Positions 1-9,936 are shown, counted from the stretch's first letter. The stretch is DNA of 64,000 nucleotides from an uncultured Gemmatimonadales bacterium (GCA_963708135.1 OY970192.1:2272001-2336000); one strand, 5' to 3'. Program-made: numbers and translations. The notes: generated by a model from the sequence alone, not told the origin.

Positions 1-229
1 CGGCCGCGGCGCGGTAGCCGATCTCGCCGGGCGAGATCCAGTCGCGGCGGAAGTGCACGTCCTCCAGCGACAGGTCCGCGCTGATCGCGATGCCGTCCCC
101 GACCACCGCGCAGTCGTCGCCGGGACCGACCCGCACGCCGGGTCCGTCCCCCGCCGCGCGCTCGAGGAAGCGGCGGATCAGGTCGAACTCGGCGCCCGGC
201 CCGAGACCGGGGATGGCGGGTCCCGACAT
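1..229 (-). CDS. thiL: Thiamine-monophosphate kinase, N-terminal part (runs off the window edge)
   Basis: Not in the ORF track. Manual translation from ATG at 229 gives MSGPAIPGLGPGAEFDLIRRF...VRVGPGDDCAVV...DLSLEDVHFRRDWISPGEIGYRAAA, matching ThiL motifs (EFDLI, GxGDDCA, VHF, IGYR). Confidence 0.88.
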   Translation of the reverse strand, partial: MSGPAIPGLGPGAEFDLIRRFLERAAGDGPGVRVGPGDDCAVVGDGIAISADLSLEDVHFRRDWISPGEIGYRAAA

Positions 230-243
230 CGGCGTATCCCCCT

Positions 244-1947
244 TCAGTGTCTCCAGCGCAGGCGCACGGCGCCCCCGGGTGTCGCGGCCCAGACATCGTC
301 GCCGGCCGGAAGCACGGCCACCACGGGGCCCACCGGCAGGTCGGGGCCGACCGCGTACGTGGTCCACGTGCGCAGCGCCGCATCCCAGCGGGCCAGGCCG
401 CCGGCTTCCGCCACCCAGAGCTGCCCGTCGGCCGCGGCCAGCGCGAGCCCGCGGCCGAGCCGGCCCACCGCCGCCGCCGCGACCGGCTGCCAGCCGGCCG
501 CATCGTGGCGGTAGAGGCCGTCCGGTCCGAGCGCCCAGAGCGCCCCCGCCGCCGGCACGGCGTCCAGGATCCGGCCCCGAAGCGGCACCGCGTCCTCCGT
601 CCCCGGCCCCCGCTCCGCGGCGATCCCCGTGCCGGCACGCGCTCCACCGGAGGCGACGCTGTCCCGCGGCGCTGTACCGGCGCTGTCCGCCGCGTGCGCG
701 CCCGCGGGCCATGCCGCCGCCCGGGCGGGCGCGTCGGGCAGCATCCACAGCCCGGCGTCCGTCGCGATCCAGAGGGTGTCCCCGGCCAGGCGCAGCCGGT
801 TCACGGCCGCGCCGCGCAGCGAGACGCCGCGCGTCTCTCCGTCCGGCCCGACGAGCGCCAGCCCCTCGCGGGTGCCCACCCACACCGCGCCGCCGCCCGC
901 CGGGGCGAGCGCACCGACCCGGTCGAGCGGCAGCGGCCCCGCGTCCGGGATGCGGTGGAAGCCGCCCCGGCCGCGATCCAGCCGGTAGAGCCCGTCGCCG
1001 GCCGCAAACCACACGGCGTCCTGGAGCGGGAGCACGGCGTGCACGGCGCCCGCGGGCGCCCCGTCGTAACGGGCATCCCACTGCCTCCATGTGCCGAGCG
1101 CGGTGTCCGCCCACGCCACGCCGGCCTCGGGGCCCCGCCCGTCGCCACCGAACCAAATGCCGCCGCCGTCTGCCGCCAGCGCCGACGCGCCGACGCTCTC
1201 CAGCCCGTAAGGCAGCCGCCGGCTCTCCAGCGTACGGGAGTCGAAGGCGAAGAGCCCTCCCCCCGCCGTGCCGGCCCAGTATCGCCCCGGCTCCTCCGCC
1301 GGCGTCACGGCGGTCAGCGACCAGCGGCGCATGTGCTCGTCCACGCCAATCGTGCCCAGTGCGGCCGAGAGCGCGGGATCCGTGTCCGCGTAGCCGCTCA
1401 GGATGTCGCGGGCGCGGGCCTGCACCCCGCCCGGCACCCGGGCGGGCGGCACGGGATCGGCGATGAAGGAGCCGGACGGGAGCGCGAACCAGCCGGCGCG
1501 GGTGTAGAGGAAGAGGGTGCCGCCGAGGCCGGTCGTGTCGAAGACGAGCGCGAGGACCGGCGCGGCGGGGATCGTCGCCTTCCGGTCCCAGCGGCCGAAG
1601 GCGGTGGTGTAGGTGTAGAGCCCGCCCTCGGCCGTGGCCATCCAGACGCGGTCGCCGAACCGCTCGTACGCGAGCGCGGTCGGGTGCTCCCCCGCCGGGA
1701 AGCCGTCCACGGCCGTGACGGGCGCATCCCAGGCGGCATCGACGAAGTCGTAGATCCCGATCCCGCCGGGCGACGCCGCGTACACCCTCCGGTCATCGCG
1801 GGTGAGCGCGCCGATGTCGGAGAGACGAGTGACCACGACCCGCTCGCCCGGGCGCCACAACCGGCCGCTCTGTGCCCGCGCGGGCGCGCGGCACAGCGCC
1901 AGCGCCGCGCCCAGGGCGAGAATCCTGTGGAAGGAGGCGTGCGCCAC
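244..1947 (-). CDS. Hypothetical exported protein, probable beta-propeller repeats
   Basis: Signal-peptide-like N-terminus (ALALCRAPARAQ). Repeated blade-like motifs VWMATAEGGL, YWAGTAGGGL, VWVGTREGL, LWIATDAGL, VWAATPGG. Fits operon between nnr and thiL. Confidence 0.65.
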   Translation of the reverse strand: MAHASFHRILALGAALALCRAPARAQSGRLWRPGERVVVTRLSDIGALTRDDRRVYAASPGGIGIYDFVDAAWDAPVTAVDGFPAGEHPTALAYERFGDRVWMATAEGGLYTYTTAFGRWDRKATIPAAPVLALVFDTTGLGGTLFLYTRAGWFALPSGSFIADPVPPARVPGGVQARARDILSGYADTDPALSAALGTIGVDEHMRRWSLTAVTPAEEPGRYWAGTAGGGLFAFDSRTLESRRLPYGLESVGASALAADGGGIWFGGDGRGPEAGVAWADTALGTWRQWDARYDGAPAGAVHAVLPLQDAVWFAAGDGLYRLDRGRGGFHRIPDAGPLPLDRVGALAPAGGGAVWVGTREGLALVGPDGETRGVSLRGAAVNRLRLAGDTLWIATDAGLWMLPDAPARAAAWPAGAHAADSAGTAPRDSVASGGARAGTGIAAERGPGTEDAVPLRGRILDAVPAAGALWALGPDGLYRHDAAGWQPVAAAAVGRLGRGLALAAADGQLWVAEAGGLARWDAALRTWTTYAVGPDLPVGPVVAVLPAGDDVWAATPGGAVRLRWRH

Positions 1948-1959
1948 CGGTCGGGGGCC

Positions 1960-3525
1960 TCAGTGCCTCGGCGGCTGTTCGAAGCGCACGAACGGCAGCC
2001 CGATCGGCGGCACGGTCGGGCCCGGATCCGCCAGCGCCGCCGGCATCGCATCCGAGATGTCGCGCGGGGAGAGGGAGCGGCCGAGGTCCGCGAGGTCGGC
2101 GGCGCGCCCGCCGTAGAAGAGCCCGAGCGCCGCCGCCGTGCGCGGGTCGGCCCCGGCGCCGAGCAGGGCGACGATCGTCCCCGCGAGCTGGTCGCCCATC
2201 CCCGCGCTGGCCAGATCCGACGACCCCACCCCCGCCACGAGCACCCGCGCGCCCGGCGCCGCCACCACGCTCGGCTGCCCCTTGAGCAGCACCACGCAGC
2301 CGTTCGACTCCGCCACCCCGCGCGCCACGCCGACCGGGTCCGCCGTGATCTCCCCCACCGCCCGGCCGGTGAGCCGGCCGAGCTCCACCGGGTGCGGCGT
2401 GATCACCAGCGGGCGCCCGGCCGCGACCTCCGGCAGCGAGAAGGCCCCCGCCGCGATCGCGTTCAGCGCGTCCGCATCCAGCACCGTCGGCACGCCGCGT
2501 CCGCCCTCCAGCGCCCGCCGCAGCGCGGCCACGGCGCCCTCGTCCGTGCCGAGCCCCGGCCCGGCCAGCAGCGCCGCGACGCCATCCATGTCCAGCGCGT
2601 CCGCCTCCTCACGGGCGCGAAAGACCGCGTCCGGCACGAGCGCCTGGAGCACCGGCCGGTTGCCCTCGGGCGAGACGAGCCGCACGAGCCCGGCGCCCGC
2701 GCGCTGCGCCGCCTCCCCCGCGATCGCCGCCGCCCCGGCCATTCCCACGCCGCCCACCAGCAGGACGACCCGCCCCGCCGTCCCCTTGTGCGCGTCCGCC
2801 GGCCGCCGCGGCAGCCGCGCCGCCGCCCAATCCGGCGTGATCACCGCCGCGCCGGCGCCATCTGCCGCCAGCGGTGGGAAGCCGATCTCCACCGCGAGCA
2901 GCCGGCCGCAGTGCTGGCGCGCCGGCTGCAGCAGCAGCCCGAGCTTGGGCGCGCCGAAGCTCACGGTCGCGGCCGCCTGCACCGCGTTCCCCGGCACGCC
3001 GCCCGTGCTGGGATCGATACCCGATGGAAGGTCCAGAGCGACAATCGGCCGGCCGCTCCCGTTCAGCGCCGCGATCAGCTCCGCCGTCGCGCCGCGCGCG
3101 GCGCCGCGGGCGCCCGTGCCGAGCAGCCCGTCGAGCAGCACGGCTGCGCCCGCGAAGGCGAGCACCGCCTGGTCACGTGGAAGACGCCGGATGTCGTGGT
3201 CGTGGAAGGGGGCGGGATCGGGAAACCGGTCGGAGGCGAGGACGTAGGAGACCTCGCGGCCCCACGTGTGGAGCGTCCGCAGCGCCACGAGCGCATCGCC
3301 GCCGTTGTGGCCGGCCCCCACGGCGGCCACCACGGGCCCGCGCGGCCACAGCCGCGCGACGACTTCAGCCGCGGCCCGCCCGGCGTTCTCCATGAGCACG
3401 CGCTCGGGGATGCCGGACGTCTCACGGGCCGCGCGGTCCCACGCCGCCGCCTCCGCGGCGGTGGGGAGCGCGACATCCTCGCGGCCGTAGACCTCCGACC
3501 CTGCCCAGGCGCTCTCCCCGCGCAT
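1960..3525 (-). CDS. nnr: Bifunctional NAD(P)HX epimerase/dehydratase (YjeF)
   Basis: LMENAG, GHNGGD, DGLLGTG, DLPSG (YjeF_N); HKG, GPGLG, DADALN, ITPHPVE, VLLKG, AGMGD (carbohydrate-kinase-like C domain). Confidence 0.93.
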   Translation of the reverse strand: MRGESAWAGSEVYGREDVALPTAAEAAAWDRAARETSGIPERVLMENAGRAAAEVVARLWPRGPVVAAVGAGHNGGDALVALRTLHTWGREVSYVLASDRFPDPAPFHDHDIRRLPRDQAVLAFAGAAVLLDGLLGTGARGAARGATAELIAALNGSGRPIVALDLPSGIDPSTGGVPGNAVQAAATVSFGAPKLGLLLQPARQHCGRLLAVEIGFPPLAADGAGAAVITPDWAAARLPRRPADAHKGTAGRVVLLVGGVGMAGAAAIAGEAAQRAGAGLVRLVSPEGNRPVLQALVPDAVFRAREEADALDMDGVAALLAGPGLGTDEGAVAALRRALEGGRGVPTVLDADALNAIAAGAFSLPEVAAGRPLVITPHPVELGRLTGRAVGEITADPVGVARGVAESNGCVVLLKGQPSVVAAPGARVLVAGVGSSDLASAGMGDQLAGTIVALLGAGADPRTAAALGLFYGGRAADLADLGRSLSPRDISDAMPAALADPGPTVPPIGLPFVRFEQPPRH

Positions 3526-3592
3526 CACGTAGTTGTCCTGAGAAGCCCGTTCGGTAGGCGCCGCCGCCCGTCCGATCCCGAGCCGACCCCGA

Positions 3593-3799
3593 CTACTTGT
3601 AGCTCTGGCCGATCGTCCGACCGAAGCTGATCTCGCCGTTGTCGATGCGGATGTTGAATCCGCAGTCGGGGTTGGAGCAGACCCACGCCTTGTACGTGAT
3701 CGGTGCCCCGTCGCGCCCGTAGTCGGACAGCGGAAGCATGTGCCCGCTCCCGCACTTCATGCACTGCGGGAACGGCGCCGGTGCGTTGTCGACCGCCAT
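3593..3799 (-). CDS. Small 68-aa Cys4 (CxxC...CxxxxC) putative zinc-ribbon protein, function unknown
   Basis: Strong SD-like GGAGGGAG before ATG; protein-like composition unlike GC shadow ORFs; CMKC and CSNPDC pairs. Confidence 0.8.
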   Translation of the reverse strand: MAVDNAPAPFPQCMKCGSGHMLPLSDYGRDGAPITYKAWVCSNPDCGFNIRIDNGEISFGRTIGQSYK

Positions 3800-3881
3800 C
3801 TCTCTCCCCTCCCCTCTGCAGGGACCCCTGGGCCGCGGGCCCGCGGCCGCTCCCTCGACTCGGAGCCCTCGGCAGGCTCAA

Positions 3882-3898
3882 CGCAAAGCACGTTCCAG
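3882..3898 (-). promoter_or_regulatory. Sigma54 (RpoN)-type -24/-12 promoter upstream of the small Cys4 gene
   Basis: Minus strand reads CTGGAACGTGCTTTGCG: GG-N10-GC with TGG.ACG and TTGC, versus consensus YTGGCACGNNNNTTGCW. Confidence 0.65.
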
Positions 3899-3948
3899 CC
3901 AACCCGCCGCCCACTCCACGGGGTGAGGACGGCCGCGCGGGCGGAGCC

Positions 3949-4329
3949 TCAGAGATCGGCGCCCCACGGGTAGTCCCGGTCGAAGGCGTCGTCGAAGTCG
4001 AAGACGTCCTCGAAGTCGCCGGGGTCGTCATCATCCTGCTTGATGAGAATGCCCGTCTCAACCAGGGCGAAGACCAGCTTCCCGACATCGGCCGTCGAGC
4101 ACACGCCCCAGTACTCGAGCACCGTGCGCGCCATCGGGCCGAACCGTTCCAGCGCCAGGTCGCGGACCCCGCCGGCCAGCTCCGGGCCCGTGATGTGGCG
4201 GGGCTCCGGCAGCCGCTCGAGCACGTAGTGGAGGGCGGAGAGCACGAAGAGGTAGGCCGTCTCCTGGTAGCGCGGATAGCGCTCCCGCAGCCGGTCCATC
4301 ACTTCCTCGTCGAGAATCATCCCGCCCAT
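3949..4329 (-). CDS. Minf_1886-family (Verrucomicrobia/Planctomycetes-type) conserved protein
   Basis: RY..AY.FV..AL, RHITG.EL, A..RFGPMA.TVL..WG, D.G..VF.LV..G.L, acidic DF..VFDF tail. Confidence 0.75.
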   Translation of the reverse strand: MGGMILDEEVMDRLRERYPRYQETAYLFVLSALHYVLERLPEPRHITGPELAGGVRDLALERFGPMARTVLEYWGVCSTADVGKLVFALVETGILIKQDDDDPGDFEDVFDFDDAFDRDYPWGADL

Positions 4330-4521
4330 GATCGCTCACTCCACCGGTGCCCGCTTGCGCGACCCGGAGCGCCGCCTCGCGGCCGCCCGGGCCGGGCCCC
4401 CGCCCTTCGGCCCACGAGCGGCGCGCGCCCCTGCGGGCGCGCGCCCACCCGTGGAATCTGGTCGGCGAGGGTGTGATTCGCCAGGGGAGCGACGCCCGCG
4501 GGAGGGCGCCCGCGCCGCGCG

Positions 4522-5796
4522 TCAGGGGGCGGGCGGGGGGTACTCCTCATAGATCGGGAACGCGCGGCAGAGCTCGTCCACGGCGCCGCGCACGCGCTCC
4601 GCGACCGCGGCGTCCGCGGGCGCATCGAGGACCTCCGCCATCCAGCCCCCGATGCGGCGCATCTCCTGCGGTCCCATGCCGCGCGTCGTGAGCGCGGCGG
4701 TGCCGATCCGGATCCCCGAGGTCACGAACGGCGAGCGCGTCTCGCCTGGCACGGTGTTCTTGTTCACCGTCATGAGCGCGCGGTGGAGCGCCTCCTCCGC
4801 CGCCTTGCCCGTGAGCTCTCCGCGGGCCCGCAAATCCACCAGCAGCAGGTGGTTGTCCGTGCCCCCGCTCACCAGGTCGTAGCCGCGCTCCTGCAGCGTG
4901 GCCGCCAGCGCGCGCGCGTTCTCCACCACGCGCGCCGCGTACGCCGCGAACGTGGGCGCCTGCGCCTCCCGGAAGGCCACCGCCTTGGCCGCGATCACGT
5001 GCATCAGCGGCCCGCCCTGGATGCCCGGGAAGATCTCCTTGTCGATGGCCCTGGCCAGCTCCTCGCGGCACAGGATGAACCCGCTGCGCGGCCCCCGCAG
5101 CGTCTTGTGCGCCGTGGACGTGACGATGTCCGCGTGCGGTACCGGGCTCGGGTGCACCCCGCCCGCCACCAGCCCGGCGATGTGGGCCATGTCCACCATG
5201 AGCAAGGCATCCACCTCGCGCGCGATCTCGGCGAACGTGTGGAACTCGATCACCCGCGGGTACGCGCTCGCGCCGGCGACGATCACCTTCGGCCGCTCCC
5301 GCCGCGCCAGCTCGCGCACCTGGTCGTAGTCGATCCGCCCTTCTTCCTCCCGCACCCCGTACGCCACCACGTTGTAGAGCTGGCCGCTGAAGTTCACCGG
5401 CGAGCCGTGGGTGAGATGGCCCCCATGCGTCAGGCTCATCCCGAGCAGCGTGTCCCCCGGCTTCATGACCGCCATGTAGGACGCCATGTTGGCCTGCGCC
5501 CCGCTGTGCGGCTGCACGTTCGCGTGCGCCGCGCCGAACAGCTCGCACGCGCGCGCCCGCGCCAGCTCCTCGGCCACGTCCACCCACTCGCAGCCGCCGT
5601 AGTAGCGCCTCCCCGGATAGCCCTCCGCGTACTTGTTGTTCAGCACGCTGCCGAGCGCCTCCAGCACCGCCTGCGAGACGAAGTTCTCGCTGGCGATCAG
5701 CTCCAGGTAGCGGTTCTGCCGCCGCGCCTCCTGGAGGATCGATTGGTGGATCTCCGGATCCGTGGCGCGCAGCGCGCCGAGGAACGCCTCGCTCAT
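4522..5796 (-). CDS. glyA: Serine hydroxymethyltransferase
   Basis: [43 protein letters not shown]-Lys motif [23 protein letters not shown]. Confidence 0.98.
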   Translation of the reverse strand: MSEAFLGALRATDPEIHQSILQEARRQNRYLELIASENFVSQAVLEALGSVLNNKYAEGYPGRRYYGGCEWVDVAEELARARACELFGAAHANVQPHSGAQANMASYMAVMKPGDTLLGMSLTHGGHLTHGSPVNFSGQLYNVVAYGVREEEGRIDYDQVRELARRERPKVIVAGASAYPRVIEFHTFAEIAREVDALLMVDMAHIAGLVAGGVHPSPVPHADIVTSTAHKTLRGPRSGFILCREELARAIDKEIFPGIQGGPLMHVIAAKAVAFREAQAPTFAAYAARVVENARALAATLQERGYDLVSGGTDNHLLLVDLRARGELTGKAAEEALHRALMTVNKNTVPGETRSPFVTSGIRIGTAALTTRGMGPQEMRRIGGWMAEVLDAPADAAVAERVRGAVDELCRAFPIYEEYPPPAP

Positions 5797-5811
5797 GCTC
5801 CTCCCGTCAGA

Positions 5812-5872
5812 ACCTTACCCTTACCCACACCCTTACCCATACCCTCACCCCCACCCTCACCCCCACCCTCCC
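5812..5872. repeat. Imperfect hexamer tandem repeat (GGGTRR on minus strand), G-tract rich
   Basis: Minus strand reads GGGAGGGTGGGGGTGAGGGTGGGGGTGAGGGTATGGGTAAGGGTGTGGGTAAGGGTAAGG; about 10 units between the Leu dehydrogenase stop and the glyA SD. Confidence 0.85.
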
Positions 5873-5923
5873 AATGCGAATTCGACCCCCACCTCCCCCC
5901 GCCACCTCCCCGCGGTCTCCCTC

Positions 5924-6979
5924 CTACACCCACGTCCGCTGGATCGCACCCACCTGCTCGATGCGGCGCTCCGCGAGCTTGTCCGCGGCCACGTGCGTCG
6001 GCACGCCCTGCTCCTTCGAGATCTCGAACAGCTGGCGCAGCGTCTCGTAGATCTCGCCGGCCTTGCGCTTCGCCCGCTCCGCGGTCCAGTCGTTCAGCTC
6101 GCCGTAGACGTTGATCAGCCCGCCCGCGTTGATCACGTAGTCCGGCGCGTAGAGGACGCCGCGGGCGTCGAGCTCGTCCCCGTGGCGTTCCTCCGCCAGC
6201 ACGTTGTTGGCCGCGCCGGCGATGATCTCGAACCCGAGCCGCGGCAGCGTCCGGTCGTTGACCACCGCGCCCAGCGCGCACGGGGAGAAGACCTGCGCAT
6301 CGACCGTGTAGATCTCCTCCGGCGCCACGGCCTCCGCGCCGAGCTCGGAGACGACCCGCTTCACGCGCTCCTCGTCGATGTCGGTCACGCTCAGCGTGGC
6401 CCCCTCCTCGGCCAGGTGCCGGCACAGGTAGTAGCCGACGTGGCCCAGCCCCTGGACGGCGAAGCTGACGCCCTCGAGGGAGTCGTCGCCGTACTTCTCC
6501 AGCGCGCACGCCTTGATCCCGCGGTACACTCCGTAGGCCGTGACCGGGGAGGGATCCCCGGACCGCCCGGCGATGCCGCTCACGTGCTCGGTCTCCATGT
6601 GCACGTAGTCCATGTCCTCGACGCTCGTGCCCACGTCCTCCGCCGTGATGTAGCGCCCGCCGAGCGACTCGACGAAGCGCCCGTGCGCCCGGAACACCAG
6701 CTCGCGGCGCGGCGTCTTCGGATCACCGATGATGACCGCCTTGCCGCCACCGAGGTTGAGCCCGGCCACCGCCGCCTTGTACGTCATGCCGCGCGAGAGC
6801 CTGAGCACGTCGACCAGCGCCTCGAGATCGCTGCGGTAGTTCCAGAAGCGCGTGCCGCCGAGCGCGGGGCCGAGCGTCGTGTCATGGATCGCGATGATCC
6901 CGCGGTAGCCCGCCACCGGCTCGTTCCAGAACACCACCTGCTCGTGCCCGTGCTCCGCAATCAGATCGAAGATTTCCAT
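5924..6979 (-). CDS. Leucine/valine dehydrogenase (Glu/Leu/Phe/Val dehydrogenase family)
   Basis: Start reassigned to ATG 6979 (MEIFDLIAEHGHEQVVF; GGAG SD). IAIHDTTLGPALGG, GMTYK, GGGK, TAEDVG, GLGHVG, AGAANN, YAPDYVINAGG. Confidence 0.93.
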   Translation of the reverse strand: MEIFDLIAEHGHEQVVFWNEPVAGYRGIIAIHDTTLGPALGGTRFWNYRSDLEALVDVLRLSRGMTYKAAVAGLNLGGGKAVIIGDPKTPRRELVFRAHGRFVESLGGRYITAEDVGTSVEDMDYVHMETEHVSGIAGRSGDPSPVTAYGVYRGIKACALEKYGDDSLEGVSFAVQGLGHVGYYLCRHLAEEGATLSVTDIDEERVKRVVSELGAEAVAPEEIYTVDAQVFSPCALGAVVNDRTLPRLGFEIIAGAANNVLAEERHGDELDARGVLYAPDYVINAGGLINVYGELNDWTAERAKRKAGEIYETLRQLFEISKEQGVPTHVAADKLAERRIEQVGAIQRTWV

Positions 6980-7020
6980 GGTGTCTCCAGATGCGCCTTC
7001 CAGCGTCGGAAGGATCTCGT

Positions 7021-8139
7021 TCACGCGCCGTAGAGAGAGCGCGCGATGCGGCGCCGCAGCGTTTCGCTGCTCGCCTCGAGCAGCTCGGTGGCCTTGGCAT
7101 CCCGCATCAGCTTCTCCACAGGATAGTCCCGCATGTAGCCGTAGCCGCCGTAGATCTGCACGGCCTCGGTCGTGACCCACATCGCCCCCTCGCTGGCGAA
7201 CAGCTTCGCCATTGCCGGAAGCGACGTCTCCGGCCGCGCGCACGCGCGCTCGAGCAGCGCGCCGGCCGCCTCCACCCGGCTCGCCATCCCGGCGAGCTTG
7301 GCCTGGATCCCCTCGAAGTCCCTGAGCCTGGTCTCGAACTGCTCCCGCTCGCCGGCGTAGCGGACGGCGTGCTCGAGGGCCGCGCGCGCGATTCCGCGCG
7401 CCTCCGCCGCCACGGCCAGGAGGGCGAGGCCGGCGCTCCGCGCCGGCGGCGCGGCGTCCGCAGCGGCCCCCGCGAGGCGCGCGTCCGCGTCGAGGCGCAC
7501 GTCCGCGAGCGTGACCGTCACCACCTCCAGCGGCCGCAGCCCCATTGTCTTCTCCCGCGCGCCGGGCCGGTAGCCCTCCGCGTCGGTCGGCACCAGGAAC
7601 AGGCCCGGCCCGCCGTCCGCCACGCGCGCGAAGATGATGGCCACGTCCGCGGCGGCGCCGTTCACCACCCATGCCTTCCGCCCCCGCAGCACCCAGCCGC
7701 CGCCGTCCGGCTCGGCCGTCGTTTCCGGCGCCGAGGGGTCCCAGCCCGCCTCCGGCTCCGCACGCGCCACGCAGCCGAGCGTCTCGCCGGCCGCCATGGG
7801 GGCCAGCCAGCGCTCCCGTTGCGCGTCCGAGCCGAGCGCGAGGAGCAGCTCCGACGCCTGGCACGCCTGCGCCAGCGCGACCGCCACGGAGGCCTCGCCC
7901 CAGGCCAGCTCCTCGACGGCGGCGGCGTAGGCGCCCGGCCCGAAGCCCATCCCGCCCGCGGCCTCGGGCACGAGCATCCCGAGGAAGCCGAGCTCGGCGA
8001 GCTGCGCGAGCAGCCCTGGCGGCAGCGTCGCCTCGCGGTCCCAGACCTCGGTGTGTGGGCGCAGCTCCGCCTCCGCGAACTGCCGCGCCAGCTCCCTGAC
8101 CTGCTGGATCTCTTCCGGGTCCTCCATCGCCGTCTCCAT
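7021..8139 (-). CDS. Acyl-CoA dehydrogenase family protein (partly degenerate motifs)
   Basis: LG.LG..VPE..GG.G, EPEAG.D, K.WV.NG, EK.MGLR, R.QF, AKLFASE, AVQIYGGYGY..DYPVEK..RDAK. Confidence 0.88.
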   Translation of the reverse strand: METAMEDPEEIQQVRELARQFAEAELRPHTEVWDREATLPPGLLAQLAELGFLGMLVPEAAGGMGFGPGAYAAAVEELAWGEASVAVALAQACQASELLLALGSDAQRERWLAPMAAGETLGCVARAEPEAGWDPSAPETTAEPDGGGWVLRGRKAWVVNGAAADVAIIFARVADGGPGLFLVPTDAEGYRPGAREKTMGLRPLEVVTVTLADVRLDADARLAGAAADAAPPARSAGLALLAVAAEARGIARAALEHAVRYAGEREQFETRLRDFEGIQAKLAGMASRVEAAGALLERACARPETSLPAMAKLFASEGAMWVTTEAVQIYGGYGYMRDYPVEKLMRDAKATELLEASSETLRRRIARSLYGA

Positions 8140-8155
8140 GGCCGCGCCCGCCGCG

Positions 8156-9004
8156 CTAGTATGTGTAGAAGCCGCGCCCGCTCTTGCGGCCGAGCCAGCC
8201 GGCGGCCACGTACTTCCGCAGCAGCGGGCTGGGGCGGTACTTGTCGTCGCCGAGGTCGCGCTGCAGCACCTCGAGGATGAACAGGCAGGTGTCCAGCCCG
8301 ATGAGGTCCGCGAGGGCGAGCGGCCCGATCGGGTGGTTCATCCCCAGCTTCATGACCGTGTCGATCGACTCGGCCGAGGCCACGCCCTCCATCAGGCAGT
8401 AGACGGCCTCGTTGATCATCGGCATGAGCACGCGGTTGGAGACGAAGCCCGGGAAGTCGTTCGCCTCCACGGGCGTCTTCTCCAGCGCCCGCGCCAGCTC
8501 CATGACCCGCTCCAGCGTCTCGTCCGAAGTCTGGAGGCCCCGGATCACCTCGACCAGCCGCATCACGGGGACCGGGTTCATGAAGTGCATCCCGATCACC
8601 CGCTCCGGGTGCGACGTGTGCCGCGCCAGCGCGGTGATCGAGATCGAGGACGTGTTCGAGGCCAGGATCGCCTCCGGCGCGAGCGCGTCCAGCTCCGCGA
8701 AGAGCGCGGCCTTCATGTCGAGGTTCTCCGGCACCGCCTCCACCACCAGGTCCGCGCCGGCCGCGCCCTCGAGCGACGTGGCGGTGCGGATGCGCCCGAG
8801 AGTCTCCGCCTTCGCGGCCTCCGTGACCGTCCCCTTCCGGACCTGCCGGTCCAGGTTGCCGCCGATCCCGGCGAGCGCCTTCTCCAGCCGCTCGTCGCTC
8901 ACGTCCACGAGCGTCGTGTCGTGCCCGTGCTGCGCGAAAACGTGGGCAATGCCGTTGCCCATGGTGCCGGCCCCGATCACCGCGACCCTGCCAATGGTGC
9001 GCAT
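8156..9004 (-). CDS. hbd: 3-hydroxybutyryl-CoA dehydrogenase
   Basis: Start ATG 9004 ([20 protein letters not shown]). [51 protein letters not shown]. Confidence 0.93.
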   Translation of the reverse strand: MRTIGRVAVIGAGTMGNGIAHVFAQHGHDTTLVDVSDERLEKALAGIGGNLDRQVRKGTVTEAAKAETLGRIRTATSLEGAAGADLVVEAVPENLDMKAALFAELDALAPEAILASNTSSISITALARHTSHPERVIGMHFMNPVPVMRLVEVIRGLQTSDETLERVMELARALEKTPVEANDFPGFVSNRVLMPMINEAVYCLMEGVASAESIDTVMKLGMNHPIGPLALADLIGLDTCLFILEVLQRDLGDDKYRPSPLLRKYVAAGWLGRKSGRGFYTY

Positions 9005-9018
9005 ATGCCCGCTCTCCG

Positions 9019-9936
9019 TCAGATCCGTGAATCGACCAGGGGGCCGAGCGCCCGCATCTCCGGCGCCTCGCCCGTCGCCCCCGTCACCAGCAGCCACACC
9101 GTGCCGGCGGCGAACGCGAGCGTGCCCACCACGCCGGCCTCGGGCCCGAACGCGCCGCCGGTCAGCCAGCGGAGCCCTCGCACCTGGGCATCGTAGTACG
9201 GCGTGTCGAACAGCCGCAGCCCGCTCACCGGCAGGTCCAGCGCGAGACCCATCACCCAGTTCCAGCCGAGGTGCGCCGCCGTCGCGAACCAGAGGCTGCG
9301 CGTCTTCAGGTAGGCCAGCGAGAGGAAGACGCCGGCCAGCACCAGGTTGCCGAAGGCCACCGCGTCCAGCCCGGGGTTGGCGCCATGCGCCGCCGCGAAC
9401 ACGAGGCTGCCCAGCACGACGGCCGGGACGGGGCCCAGCGACTCGACCAGCACCTGAAAGGCGTAGCCGCGGAAGACCACCTCCTCCGCGGCCGCCGCTA
9501 CGAACAGGACGGCCAGGCCGCGCAGCAGCTCCGCCAGATAGGCCGCCGGCGTGCCCGCCTCGCCGCTCCAGCGCAGCGCGCCCACCGCGACCAGCACGGC
9601 CGCCGCGAGCAGCTGGATCCCACCGCCCAGCGCGAAGCCCGTGACCAGCTCCCGGGGAGTCCGCGGCGTGAGCGCGAAGCCCAGCGCGCCGGGGCTCCGC
9701 CGCTCCACCCACCGCAGCAGGAGCCACCCCGCGCCGAGTCCGGCGCCGAACAGGATCGCCTCGCTACCCACGGTCCACAGCAGCGCGGGGCCGCCTGGCC
9801 GCACGCCGGCCACGAGCGCGACCACCGTCAGGACCTGCGCGACGACGAACGCCACCGCGACCCAGAGCAGGATGCGCCAGAACGCGCGCAGCCGGCCACC
9901 GGCCACGAACAGCCCGCGCAGCCCTTCGCCGGACAT
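9019..9936 (-). CDS. CPBP (Abi/CAAX-type) intramembrane metalloprotease
   Basis: Multiple TM segments; [27 protein letters not shown] motifs. Confidence 0.88.
   Translation of the reverse strand: MSGEGLRGLFVAGGRLRAFWRILLWVAVAFVVAQVLTVVALVAGVRPGGPALLWTVGSEAILFGAGLGAGWLLLRWVERRSPGALGFALTPRTPRELVTGFALGGGIQLLAAAVLVAVGALRWSGEAGTPAAYLAELLRGLAVLFVAAAAEEVVFRGYAFQVLVESLGPVPAVVLGSLVFAAAHGANPGLDAVAFGNLVLAGVFLSLAYLKTRSLWFATAAHLGWNWVMGLALDLPVSGLRLFDTPYYDAQVRGLRWLTGGAFGPEAGVVGTLAFAAGTVWLLVTGATGEAPEMRALGPLVDSRI

Noticed and set aside
121..229. Possible frameshift in thiL at the G run near 150
   Set aside because: Base-by-base translation stays in frame (ERAAGDGPGVRVGPGDD).
5797..5923. ZTP or glycine riboswitch upstream of glyA
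   Set aside because: The interval is filled by G-rich repeats with no aptamer consensus.
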